A stretch of DNA of 63,121 nt, counting the filler, from Hausera hauseri (taxonomy: Eukaryota), in assembly GCA_046269625.1 (NCBI GenBank). It is 12 parts of 12 records of this genome, joined end to end, with 100 filler letters (N's around TTAATTAATTAA, not from the genome) between each part and the next. Parts side by side here need not be neighbours in the genome. Positions count along the whole stretch, not along the records: positions 10,681 to 14,900 come from JBJURY010693549.1; positions 15,001 to 19,284 come from JBJURY010658330.1; positions 19,385 to 23,380 come from JBJURY010831303.1; 9 more parts are not named here. One strand, 5' to 3'. The first letter of the stretch is position 1. The number at the start of each line of letters is the position of its first letter. Below are positions 11,700 to 23,480 of this stretch, piece after piece. The notes beneath the pieces are model-generated. The model searched no databases. It saw only the letters and a list, made by a program, of their open reading frames with translations, and was not told where the DNA came from. A program made the translations under genes and the position numbers.

Positions 11700-13267
11700 T
11701 TTGTCGTTGATTTTCTTGTCCTTTTTGTGCGCCAGCAATTTTCTTGTAATCCCATTTGCAATATTCACTTCGTTATTCAGTTCTTTTTGCCGATACGCTT
11801 GATAATCATGTGCTACCGGATACGAAATGACAGACGCTAACTTCATCGTGTTCCGGATCTCGACGATGAAACTCCCTGGGATAATTCCTCTGTGATGGAT
11901 AGCATTATCAGATGTAAGAGTTGCAAGAAAACGCCCAGACATTCGTAAATAACGGTGAAAATATAGCTTTTCTTGTCACAGCCTTCGAATTGTTTGGCAT
12001 ACTCGATATAAACATCACAAAATTCGTGTAACCAGAATTGGTACATGGTTTTTGTAAGATTGGATAAATTGTAAATCTCGAACAATGCATTTGTTTCACA
12101 AGCAGTTCCACTCAACCGGGAAAAATTCATTTGTCTACGGACGACAATTGACAATAAGTGTCACTCATGTCTTAAGGCACGAATGTTTTCACCGAACTCA
12201 ATATGTGACAGAATCGAAACAATTGCCAAGTCTTATTGCAAAAATTCCAGTATCCATTAACAGCAAGAACGTTCAAATTGAAATCTTTCACTTGTTCCGT
12301 GTAATTTTTCAACGCAATTCGCAACGCATCTATATCGCACTGCGGAATACCAGTTAGGAAATCTTTTGCTTGACACAATTTGCTTTTTTCCAATTCTTTG
12401 TGATCGAGATCATCAAAATTCAACGGATTTTGAAGATCGGCCAGACTTATTCTACGAATGCCGTTTAGGGGAACGAGTACGTTTCCTAATGACTTACTCA
12501 CTTTCTTTGCATGAGTATCACGAACCATAGCATGCAAATAAATGGTGCTGAATGGTAATTCATCAGTCAATTTCAGACCGGTCATGACCACCCGGGCAAC
12601 CCAAAGGAAGGGAATATCATGGCCAGTCTCCATGAGACGTCCAGGATAGAATTTATCTAAATCTCCTGTAGTTTTTGGCTCACCCATTGTAGCTAATAGA
12701 AACAATTGTCATGCGAATCAAGCACCCAACACGTCTGCATCCTGTATCAGATTTGTTTCCGATTCTGGAATATTAAATTGTTTTGCAGTGTTCCGTATGG
12801 CTTCTCGTCCACGTCGTCCAACAATCCATTTGGTATTTTCATCGGATATTTCAGTACCATCCATTCCATTGGTTACTTTGTATATTGGAATCTGACGACC
12901 CCACCACAGTTGTCGGGGAATATACCAATTATGACAATCACTTAGACATTGAACCAAATACAATCGTGAACACTTTCCGGCAAGATTTTCAATGGACCAT
13001 ATTTAAAAACCTGCTTAGTTGTGTTTACCATGTCCGGGCATCTCACAAACCACTGGTAATTTATCATAAGTTCGATAGCATCTTCGCTTTTTTATTGTAC
13101 TGCGAACTTGTCGTTCGTTTGAAGGTTTCGTTCCAAAATTGTTGCCGTCGGAATCCTATCCGTGGCAAAGTCGGTTATCAACACATTTCGATTTCTCGGA
13201 TAGAAAACGAAATTTTTATGCAAAGAAATCCTGTCCTTGCGCCACGAACTTCCCAACGTTCTCCATG
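11700..13267 (-). pseudogene. VARS: Valyl-tRNA synthetase pseudogene (central and C-terminal part, intronless, several stops and frameshifts)
   Basis: YQWFVRCPDM; WYIPRQLWWGRQIPIY; QDADVL; FYPGRLMETGHDIPFLWVARVVM; KMSKS motif changed to KVSKSLGN; anticodon-domain GYWNFCNKTW and YQFWLHEFCDVYIEYAK. Fragments lie in different frames. The 3' boundary is approximate. Confidence 0.9.
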
Positions 13268-13523
13268 ACATGTTGATTATTACTGTCGGTATTATCTGGA
13301 ATCTTCAATGATGATGATGTCAAAAAATCTAACACATCCTTTTCCAGTTCTCGCATACAGGGTGTTGTGTCGAGTTTTGACGATATGGAAAACAACGCTG
13401 ATGATAGCGACTGCTGTTGTTGGATTGAAGAATCGACTTTTTCTCCGTCGCTTTTGACAATTGCACGGGTCGAAACATCATCTCTCGACGGAAGCCGGAT
13501 GTTTTGATAAATTCGTCGATGTA

Positions 13524-14189
13524 TCATCGACTTCCAGTAAAATAACTGTAAGTTGTATTTTGTTTGCTTGGTTCGTTTTTAACGGGTTTCGACTGACTAT
13601 TAAATGGATTCGATGCAAATATATGAATGTCACCGTCGCTACCGGATTTATTCACACAACATTTAAAACAAATAAGTTGATACTCCAATTGGCAGTTCGA
13701 ATCACTTTCCTTCGACATCGATACCCAGCATTTGTTTTCTGTACCATGAGCAACAACACGCAACGGTTTATACTTGGAACACTGATCGCCAATTGTAATA
13801 TAATACAACCATGATTTAAAACCGTGAGTTAATTTTGAATTCTGAGAATGAGTGTCTTCGGAAAACAATTGGGGAGAAAGTGTTATTAAATTTCCGTCTC
13901 GATCTATATCGAATTTTTCAAACTTTGGAAACGGATATTTTTTCACACAGATCATAGTATTTTCGTCAAATTCATACTTCACAATCAGATATAGAACGGT
14001 ATCCGATTCGAGATTGATTGAGCAGTTGACATAAATACCAGTATCATTTCCACAAATTTCAATTGGTGTTAGTGAACAATAATGCACTTCCAGCAACCAA
14101 ATACTATCGAATGACACTTCCATTTCCTTTAAATTTGAAACTAAATTCTGATGTTCACCTTGAACTATATAATTCACTTTTAAACACAT
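13524..14189 (-). CDS. Hypothetical protein, probably a fragment of a longer decayed gene
   Basis: 221-aa ORF with protein-like composition, on the same strand as the adjacent fragments; no motif recognised. Confidence 0.35.
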   Translation of the reverse strand: MCLKVNYIVQGEHQNLVSNLKEMEVSFDSIWLLEVHYCSLTPIEICGNDTGIYVNCSINLESDTVLYLIVKYEFDENTMICVKKYPFPKFEKFDIDRDGNLITLSPQLFSEDTHSQNSKLTHGFKSWLYYITIGDQCSKYKPLRVVAHGTENKCWVSMSKESDSNCQLEYQLICFKCCVNKSGSDGDIHIFASNPFNSQSKPVKNEPSKQNTTYSYFTGSR

Positions 14190-15509
14190 GACAACATTTC
14201 ACTTGCCTTTTATTACATCCGAAGGTCGATTGAAAATTAAACAACAAATTTCCTTGATACTATAGATTATCAAAATTTTGCAACAACGTTTTCGAATACC
14301 GTTCTTGGATGATGGTTTCCGATTCTTCATTAAACGTTAATAAAATCTTATCTGAATCATCATTTGGTACGTAAACACTGACAATTTTTGAAATTCGATC
14401 TTTCCGTGTATTTTTTTCATACACTTTTTAATTGGAGTTGTTGATCGGTTTGCATCAGTTGTTTCAGTCATTAACTTGTAGTCGAATTCATCGGACTCTT
14501 TTGCCGAATTGGTATCATCGAATTTTCCATCGTAATTATCCTTATAATGTTGGTTGCAATTGTATTTATGATTTATATATATTCAATATTTCTGCAAAAA
14601 GTAGGGTAAAGTTGACAATTTGTAACAGAGAACGTTCAGATGTTTCATTAATGAACATATACAATTTTTTCATCTTCAATAGATCAATTTCCAATGCGGT
14701 AGAGAAAATTTTACGTTTAATGCATTTGAACTTCTGATAGAACATGATAGTAGTTTCTGAAATTGACTGGTAATTATAGGTTAAGTACAACACTGTAACT
14801 TGTCTCGAGTGATATCGGTATTCCTGGAAGTAATGAACTCATTGAGAGTATATCTTTTTTATGAGTCCCACCTGAGATGCTATTTATTGTTTGTCTCAGA
14901 NNNNNNNNNNNNNNNNNNNNNNNNNNNNNNNNNNNNNNNNNNNNTTAATTAATTAANNNNNNNNNNNNNNNNNNNNNNNNNNNNNNNNNNNNNNNNNNNN
15001 ATCGAACAATTAGAACTCAAACGAGAACTAGAAAATATTTAGCACTTGAAGAATTTCCAATTTATACAACCCTACATTTAGTACCTAGTCCCACTACTCA
15101 AACTAATATGTTCAAAATCTTAGTAGCCTCTATAATAATAATACTCCTCTTACTGCCTATATCCACACCCATCGTAATAATAGAGATAATAAGATTCTCT
15201 AAAAAACGAGCCATTATGAATAAGACTCTATTGCTAACCACCAATATAATATCTTTAATGGGTTGTGTTGTGGAGTGGACAGTCGACGTCGAGACGATTA
15301 GGGTAATTAAAAATTCTAACATTATATACATCAAAAAACACAAACAAAGTGTAAAACTCGTACATGCATCTACACTAGCACATGCAAACAAATCTAAACC
15401 AATATATTTGCACCAATACAAACAACAAATAAAAAATCAAAGAGTAACCACCTACTCTTCGAACAGGCCATTAAAAGCGACCTGCTATCAATTTATCTTT
15501 CTTTTCAGC

Positions 15510-17455
15510 ATGGATACACTAACCTATGTTCCTGAATTACAAGAGACAAATTTCAATCCAGATCTAGATGGATCAGATACAGACAGTAATAATTCAGTCA
15601 TATCAGTAGTCCCTAACCCTAAAAGAAGGGTTATACTGCCCCAAAACCAGACTACCACCTCTTTCACATTCCAGAATCCGATTCAAGCATTTCCAATCAC
15701 CAGAGGAATTTTGAGCACAACCATTCCAAAAAAGAAGCTGAAAAATATAAAAACATTTGAATGTCAAGGTGAAATAAGAAAAAAAATCTTTTAACTTCGA
15801 AGACCTTCCCGAAAATAAAAGAATGAAATTAGGAGAACAAATCACCAAAAATCTGCAAGAAACAGAACAAGATAGATTAAAAAATCGTACATGGGAAGAA
15901 ATGTATACAAAATTTGTTCTGATATATGATGCCCATAACAATTTATACTCCTCCAAATTCTATAATAGGTTAATCCAGCTCATGGAAAATTCATCCGATT
16001 TGATGTATACTCAATGTCGCTATCTAGACAATTCGTTAAAAACTAACACCATAAACGAAAGACTATTCAGAATTATTAAATTAGAAAAACCGTTATATGA
16101 CGTTGATTTCGTCAAAATGTTCCAACTAGAACCACCATTTGAGAAAGTCTTAATACATGTTGCCTGTGGAAAAATCCAATGGCGAGCTCAAAACGAAAAT
16201 TACGATGCAATTAATCCACAAACGAATACAATAGGACCAAAAACAACAATAAAGATGAAGTCTATGATGTTTCACACTGGTATTCACTTCAGAGCGCTAC
16301 TAACCCCACTTGTACTTGGAGTAGAAATCTGTCAGTATATAGACAACAATATAGATCTAGCAGAACGAATATTCTATAAAAGACCAACGAGAGAAGTAAA
16401 TAATTATCAGCTAACAAAAGCTGTTAACCAACGATATGTGGCCGTCTCGCTGGCATATGGTATGAATGGCGACCCGTTACCAGTCGAGGTGATTATTGCA
16501 AATCAAGAACGGTTAATTATTTATCAAGCTTATATTAACCCCAGGAAGAAAATATCTAACACTAATGAACATGTGCACGGACTATCTCTCCCAATAATTC
16601 AACAGTCCGAAGATGAAGAAGACGTCAGAATCGAATTAATCAAGTACTTAATAGGATACTCCGTTATTAGCGCAAATACCAGATTCGTCCTCCAGGCATT
16701 AAGAATCCCCGAACATTTGTTTGGAATGATTGACCTCTTGCCTATAGCTAATACAAAAATTAGATTCAAAGAAAATCAAAATGTCAACTTAACCCAGTTA
16801 CCACGAGTGTATGGTTACACATGATTCTCCAAAAAATGCAGAAAGTATAATTCAGATAATAATAGATATCTACGATAAACTAACCAATACCTGTTCTAAT
16901 GAAAAAATAGAGCCAGAATGGACATCTCCACCAAATAATCTTATTGATTATGCAGATTTTAAGAAGATACCCGGGAAATATCACGAAAAGTATCAATATG
17001 AGAATCTACAAATAGAAAAAGGGACCGATACCAAAATGATATCACCTATTCAACAACTAAAAGATCAATGTTCGATAATGAAATCTAAAAAGGAAGTATT
17101 ATCAACCAAATTATCCATTTTAATATATGGAGAAACAAATCGAATAATCAATACCACGTTTATGTCAGAGCCACAAACGACTCAAAATCAGGATAATCAG
17201 ATTTTACCGAGTGAAAATCATGGCCATTTAATAGGATTTGTCTATAGAAGTCTAAAATGCAACACGCTGCACCTAGCATTAATCGGAAATTGCGCAGAAA
17301 AACTATTAAATCGAAAAGATCAACCCATACTGACACAGCAGCCGATTGCACTTCAATTAGATACAGTATCAATTCCAAAACCAAGACAAGGAAGAACGTT
17401 AAAGTTGAAAAATACAACCAAACAAAAAATCAAAATGCTTTTATTCGCCAAATAA
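15510..17455 (+). pseudogene. Probable single gene of about 650 aa, split by two frameshifts, containing an inactive DEDDh (REX4/ISG20-like) exonuclease fold
   Basis: ORFs 15108-15794, 15823-16824 and 16811-17455 join through frameshifts at an A-run (about 15780) and at about 16820. YVAVSLAYG...IIYQAYINPRKKISNTNEHVHGLS...VRIELIKYLIGYSVISANTRFVLQALRI...HDSPKNA follows ExoI/II/III spacing with the acidic residues replaced. Confidence 0.55.
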
Positions 17456-17710
17456 GACGAACTCATTTTAGAAAACTTGTATAGAATGCCCAGTGTTACA
17501 ACAACAAAAGAAGATCCGAAAAATGACTGTAAATACGTTATCCAAGTATAACTATATTTGACCTATCTTTGTGTATTCTTATTTTGTATCTTCTATTCTT
17601 TTATATGTTAGCTGAATTTGTATGTTACTTTCGCTTTTGTATTTATTTTTAATTGTTATCTTGAATGAAATCGATTTTATACCAAATTTTTCTGAGATGA
17701 AAAATTTCCT

Positions 17711-18319
17711 TTAAGGGGGGAAGATGTTGGTATTAATGATCCACAAAAAATAACAATATTTTTACATAAAATCAAAAATTCATTAACCATACGTTTCAAG
17801 TGAAATCTTGTGCGCAACATGAAACAACCGTTTTCTTGTTTGAAAACGTATGTCACTTGACTGTTTAGAACAGATGCATTTAATATCTGTTTACGTGAAA
17901 TATTGTACCACTTCTGACGACCTTTGCATGGCAGTAAGAGCTGTTTCATTTTAGTAATTACAAAGTGCAATATTGACTCATTCAATATTTTAAACGCAGA
18001 TTTACATTCTAAGTAAAATGTCAGTGACAATTTTTGTAGCAATTCACATCGGCATTCAATAAACTACCTGTATATATTAAGCATTTTAAACATTTCAGAG
18101 TTGTTTATATGAATGAAATAAAACTGCTGCTTGAACAAATGCATCATTAATAATGAATAATGATATGATGACTTATATCAAAAGCAGCATTAGTTTAGCA
18201 CCTTGAAATTAAGTGGTTACTAAAAAAGGTCACTAAACACCCCCAGACACAAAAAGACACTCCTACCAAATTCTGGTTACTAAATTAAGTAACAAACCAC
18301 CCTCAGTAGTCTACCAACA
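17711..18319 (+). mobile_element. Putative PPT and 3' LTR of a Gypsy-type element
   Basis: TTAAGGGGGGAAGA is followed by TGTTGGTA (17725); the inverted copy TACCAACA is at 18312-18319. No second LTR is present in the contig to confirm. Confidence 0.45.
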
Positions 18320-19659
18320 ACCCCCAACAGTCTATTAATTGCCTACAAAATATAAAACAACTATATAAACTAAAGAAGTTAAATAAGAAGAGAGCAAATC
18401 ATAATACAACAAAGAGAACCTCTCAGTGTTTTAAAACCTCCGTGTTTGTTTGAGATTTTTTCAAAAAGGATTGAAATAGGGTGTGAAATGGATTTCATTT
18501 AGGTTATAATTGTTTATTCAAAAATACAAATTTTCAAAGACTTTTATTCCTGATATTTGGAATCCACAAAAGAAAAGTAAATTTATATTTTTTTGTGAAT
18601 TATTCTATTTCGTGTTATTTTATCTTCTTCATAAAATAACATAACTTTATCCCACTAACTAAAAGCGGTCGCAGCCGAAAACACAGTAGGCTACGCGGAA
18701 AACATAAAAATAAATAAATTAATTCAGTAAGGGAAAATAAATTCTTTCCTTAGTATAAATACTTTTCCTTCAAATCCATTTTATTTGGATCAGATTAAAT
18801 CAAACAAAAGATCTCGAAAAAACAAAATTCATTAACAGTTAATGTGCATTAAAACTCTTCTAAGACGTCTAAAAATTAGAATTGAGTACTTGATTTGGAG
18901 TATCCAAGAGCGATTGGAATTCTTCTTTGCAAGAGAAGCTATCGCAAAAGAAATTAAACACCAACAAGAGTTAAAACAGCAACAAAGCTTTCTTAATCAA
19001 CAAAATTCAAAAAAGCGAAAAAGATTTTTTCAAAAGAGACAAGAATCCGAAATTTTAAATTCATAAATATTTTGAAATTTTGGACAGTAAACCAACATGA
19101 ATAAATATTTTGGACTATATCGTGTTGTCCTTTTATTCTATTCCATAGTTTTCTAACCAGTAAGTTCATAAATAAACTTATTAAAACCTCTAAAGTGGCT
19201 GATTAATAATATAAAAAACATTTGCCAAAATTCCAAAAGACGCATTTTGAGCTTTTAAATGTAACAGAATTTCGCGCTAGTACANNNNNNNNNNNNNNNN
19301 NNNNNNNNNNNNNNNNNNNNNNNNNNNNTTAATTAATTAANNNNNNNNNNNNNNNNNNNNNNNNNNNNNNNNNNNNNNNNNNNNATTGAAGTTGAAATGA
19401 TACAAGGATCTGCACGGCGTTAAATCACCAAAATGGAAGCTGGGAAAGTTTACGCTGATTTAATTTACTTTGTTTTTGATTTTAGCTTATGATGATTAAT
19501 AAATTTTATTAGTTTTGTTTGTTTGTTTTTCATATTGTTTCTCGTTACATTAAGTGAAATATAAAGGTACATTAAATGATAATAAAATAATAAAATAAAA
19601 GGCAAAACATGGAACAGTATACATTATTTATAAAACACAGATCACAACAAAATGTCACA

Positions 19660-22600
19660 GTTAATTGATCTGTCTGTACCGATTTCTTCTGTGCGTACCC
19701 AACTATTATTCCGCCCTACCAACTTACGCTTGTTATCACTGCATGATAAAGCGACTTTTGAATTTGTCACCGTATACAGCCGGTGCTCAATCGATCGTAT
19801 GATCATTTGTAACACAACAGTCTTTGATTGTCCTCCGTCTCCTCCACCTTCTTCATAGACACGGCGATAATCACCGTGGTCGATTTCCGTCTAAGCCAAC
19901 TGAACTCCTTTGGCGCGCATTTTCAGTCTACAGTCAATTAAAAAGCTGTAACATTTTGGCCGTAGAAATATCCATTCCCAATACCGGACACGACCTTTAC
20001 TTTAATCCTTTAAACAGCCGATTTTGTTTGTGATGGCATTGCTGTACAATGGGTGATTCTGTGGGTAGTTGGACGTGTCCAGTAATCCGTCTGCCATCAT
20101 TTGATGCAGAAGTTGTTCGCGATTGACGTTTTCCAGTTCCAAGAAAAAACTGTTTGTGTTACCGGCAATTATATTGATCCTGCCGCCTCCGTCGGCGCCG
20201 CCAAACATTTGCCGGTAACGTGCCAAATCGCGATATTGGAGCTCATACATTCGCAACTTGCTCAGATCCAATAACACTTGTCCTATATAACTTGACCGGT
20301 ACAGTACGATTTCTTCTCTGTTTAAAAGCACGGCAACCAATCCATCGACAATGTGCATTGATCGCCTGAATTGCGTCTTGCTCGTGAACGTGACCAACCG
20401 CTTTTCGATATTACATAGGCGTACATTGAGCCGTTTTTTCAAATTCTTTGCTGTTTTTCGTACAGGGAATTGTTTTTTCAGCTTGTATTAGTCTTTTTCA
20501 AACTTTGTACAAGCTGCGGCTCGTTTTTCCGAATTTCCATCTATGTACGCCTCGAATATGGTAACCTGAGCAAATCGTGTTGCGCGATGTAGCCGTGTAG
20601 CATAAACCCAACTGCATGTAAAATTGCAACAGATGCCAATGAACTATGTAATTTTGCTTGGGTTCGTGCGTCATAAGCAGCTTCTTCATCTTAAAATCCG
20701 GCGGACATTGGCTAATTTGTTCGACTGGTAATTCATCCAGAAAGTCATGCAGCTCATCTGGTACCACGAGATCGATTTCCATCAGGTATCCGATTGAGCT
20801 GTTTTCTGCTGTTGTCGTATCTGCCCTCGATAGATTTTTCATTATTGTGTCCAGGTCCTGTTTGTCGACTACTCATTCGAATAAACTGTACGACAAGGGT
20901 TGTGAAAGCGCCCAGCCGTAAAGGTTATTAATGTCGATATACAACAATGATGTGGTATCATCACTGGTTACGTAATGCTTGTTGACAAATGTCATGCCGC
21001 CACGAATAACAAAATCAAACATTCGGTACATTTCAGGGTCTTGGAATAGCTTGATATTTCGATCCACTGACATCAAAGCTGACGCCCAACTCATTCCAGG
21101 TATTGAGTAAAAGTTAAATGGCTCCAGCCTATCTTCTGCCAACGATTTAGCTCGAAATGTCTGAAACACATCGGCTAATAGGTACACGTCCAATTTCAGA
21201 TACTGAAGTATGTAGTCCAACAGGTTTCTGCAACCAAGCTCTGCCAAAAACAACTGTTCTTTGTGGTATTTTTCTTCTGTGATACCGGGCCATTGCGGTC
21301 GCAATTCCTCTGTTGTCTGGAGCCGCTCGTACGATATCGAAAAGTCATACGGGAATATGCCTTTGCTGCATGCAATATGTGTGGGGAACTGAGTCAATGT
21401 TAGCGGAACATCTGGCAAGGTATTTACCAGCATTGCCAGAGATTCATTGAGAAATTGCAATGAATGAAGGAAGCGTACCTAAAACCAGTTAATACGAGCA
21501 GACAGTGACAAGTATTTCTCCATCGTAGTAGGAATTATAGATAGTTTTCAGTGTAGATATCCGTTTTTGGCCCATTTTAAAATATAGTGACAGTCACAAC
21601 CCCGGAAGTTATAAAATACTACCAGCAGAAATGGCTTCACACGCCTTGCCAAATTGCACGAATTGTATGCTGCTCCGAGATATCAACCAGTAAAGTGGTA
21701 GTGAGCCAGTACGAGCCGTTTGTGTGCATCAAACGGTAATATTTTGTGGCACAAGTAACATTCATCTGTGACTCAAACGTCTGGCGTTCGTTTTCATTTG
21801 TTCACATCAAAGGTTTGTTGCTATTTCTACTGTACCAGGGTGCGATTTCCGTTTCTACTATTGTTTCCAACTGTTGCAGGAAATCACATACACAGTTCCA
21901 GCCATGAAAAACGTAATATCGTTGTTAATCTGCGGATTTTATTGGGACAACCAATATATCGACGGCGATTGGAACATGTTTTTGGTCATATATATTGTTC
22001 TGTGGTAAGATAGCTTTGATATTGGCATATACTACACATACCGGACTTTCTGTTTTTGATCAATCAGTGAACCTTAGTTCCTTTTTGATGGGCATGACAT
22101 ACAGTGTTGTTCCCGATGAATTTTGTCTGCATAGTGTCACGTGTTTCTCTTATGTTGTTTCCGACATGAATCCATGCAGACATACAGGACACCATTTACA
22201 ACGTATACGCTTTTCGATGAACTGGTCATGTTCCATGTTAAACAGTCTGTCCAAATTTGTCACGGCCACGTAATAAAATTTTTCCCCATCCTTTTTCACT
22301 AACAACAACAAATTTATTGGGCGTCCATTCGGGTTCTGACATCTATAGATTACGTCTACATAAGGATTCTTGTAAATCTCTTTGTCTGTCGATATTTCTA
22401 CAATTGTGTTGTACCGGAAAACGTTAATTGACAGTGTCCGGTTACGCCGTTCAAAAGTCGGAATGGTTTTCAGTTTCATCGGCATCCAACATTCATCAAA
22501 GCCCAATTCGGAAAAATACTGCCGATACTGATTTGGACGATATGCATTACGTCTATCCACTTGGTCATATTTTAACCCGGCAAGAATACTGTAAATGAAA

Positions 22601-23208
22601 TAGTATTCGTTGTCAGAATTTTTTACATTTGCTACCGCATAAGAATGCTTTAGAGCTCTAGGTGTCGCTATGAATGATTGCCCGGACAAGTAAATTATAT
22701 CACTCGACTTTGTTATAATAAAGCCAAGAGTGACAATTTTTATAATTTGCCATTCACTATCCTTTTCGGTGTAGTTGGCGATTTTTTCGTCGAGCTTTTC
22801 GCTTACATCGGAAATAAAATAGTGGGAATACGGTTCGACTCGATGTGACAGGTACCATTGTTTCCTGACACCCTGCAGATTTTCTAATTCTGCAAGTGCA
22901 TAATATTGCACTTTGCAATGGTGATGTTGTTTGATTTTCTCCACTTCGGATTCCGACCGGTTGCGCACACTATGCGGAACATATCTCAACTACGTTGTTG
23001 TTATTTTCGCCACCGACATGTTTGCTTTTATATCCACGTACGATCTGTTCATATCGTACTTGACTGTATTATTGGACAGATTGACATCCTGTTGCTCCTG
23101 TTGTTGTTGATGTTGATGATGCTGTTCCTGCTGCTGCTGCTGCTCGGTACTGTTTCTGATTAAGACATCAAGACTTGTTGAGGCCTGACGTTTCCTACTG
23201 GTTGTTGA

Positions 23209-23244
<36 letters not shown>

Positions 23245-23253
23245 TGAGTCCAT
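19660..23253 (-). pseudogene. Polinton/Maverick (adintovirus-like) protein-primed DNA polymerase B, fragmented
   Basis: NVKNSDNEYYFIYSILA; FERRNRTLSINVF; KGIFPYDF; YLKLDVYLLADVFQTFR; IRGGMTFV; LLYIDINNLYGWALSQPL; GYLMEIDL; IGQVLLDLSKLRMYE; NTNSFF (degenerate DTDS); LDTSNYP; KIGCLKD; C-terminal LYTVTNSKVALSCSDNKR. N-terminal poly-S/poly-Q tract at 22990-23253. Confidence 0.9.
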
Positions 23254-23480
23254 AAATAGTTTTTTTTCGACCGCTTAAACTGGTTTAAGTGGTCCTTGTG
23301 AAGTTTATAAAATTGTTCATAGTTGATTTCAGCAACTATTGAACAACAACCGGGACAAACGTAGGCCCGTTTATTGTGCANNNNNNNNNNNNNNNNNNNN
23401 NNNNNNNNNNNNNNNNNNNNNNNNTTAATTAATTAANNNNNNNNNNNNNNNNNNNNNNNNNNNNNNNNNNNNNNNNNNNN

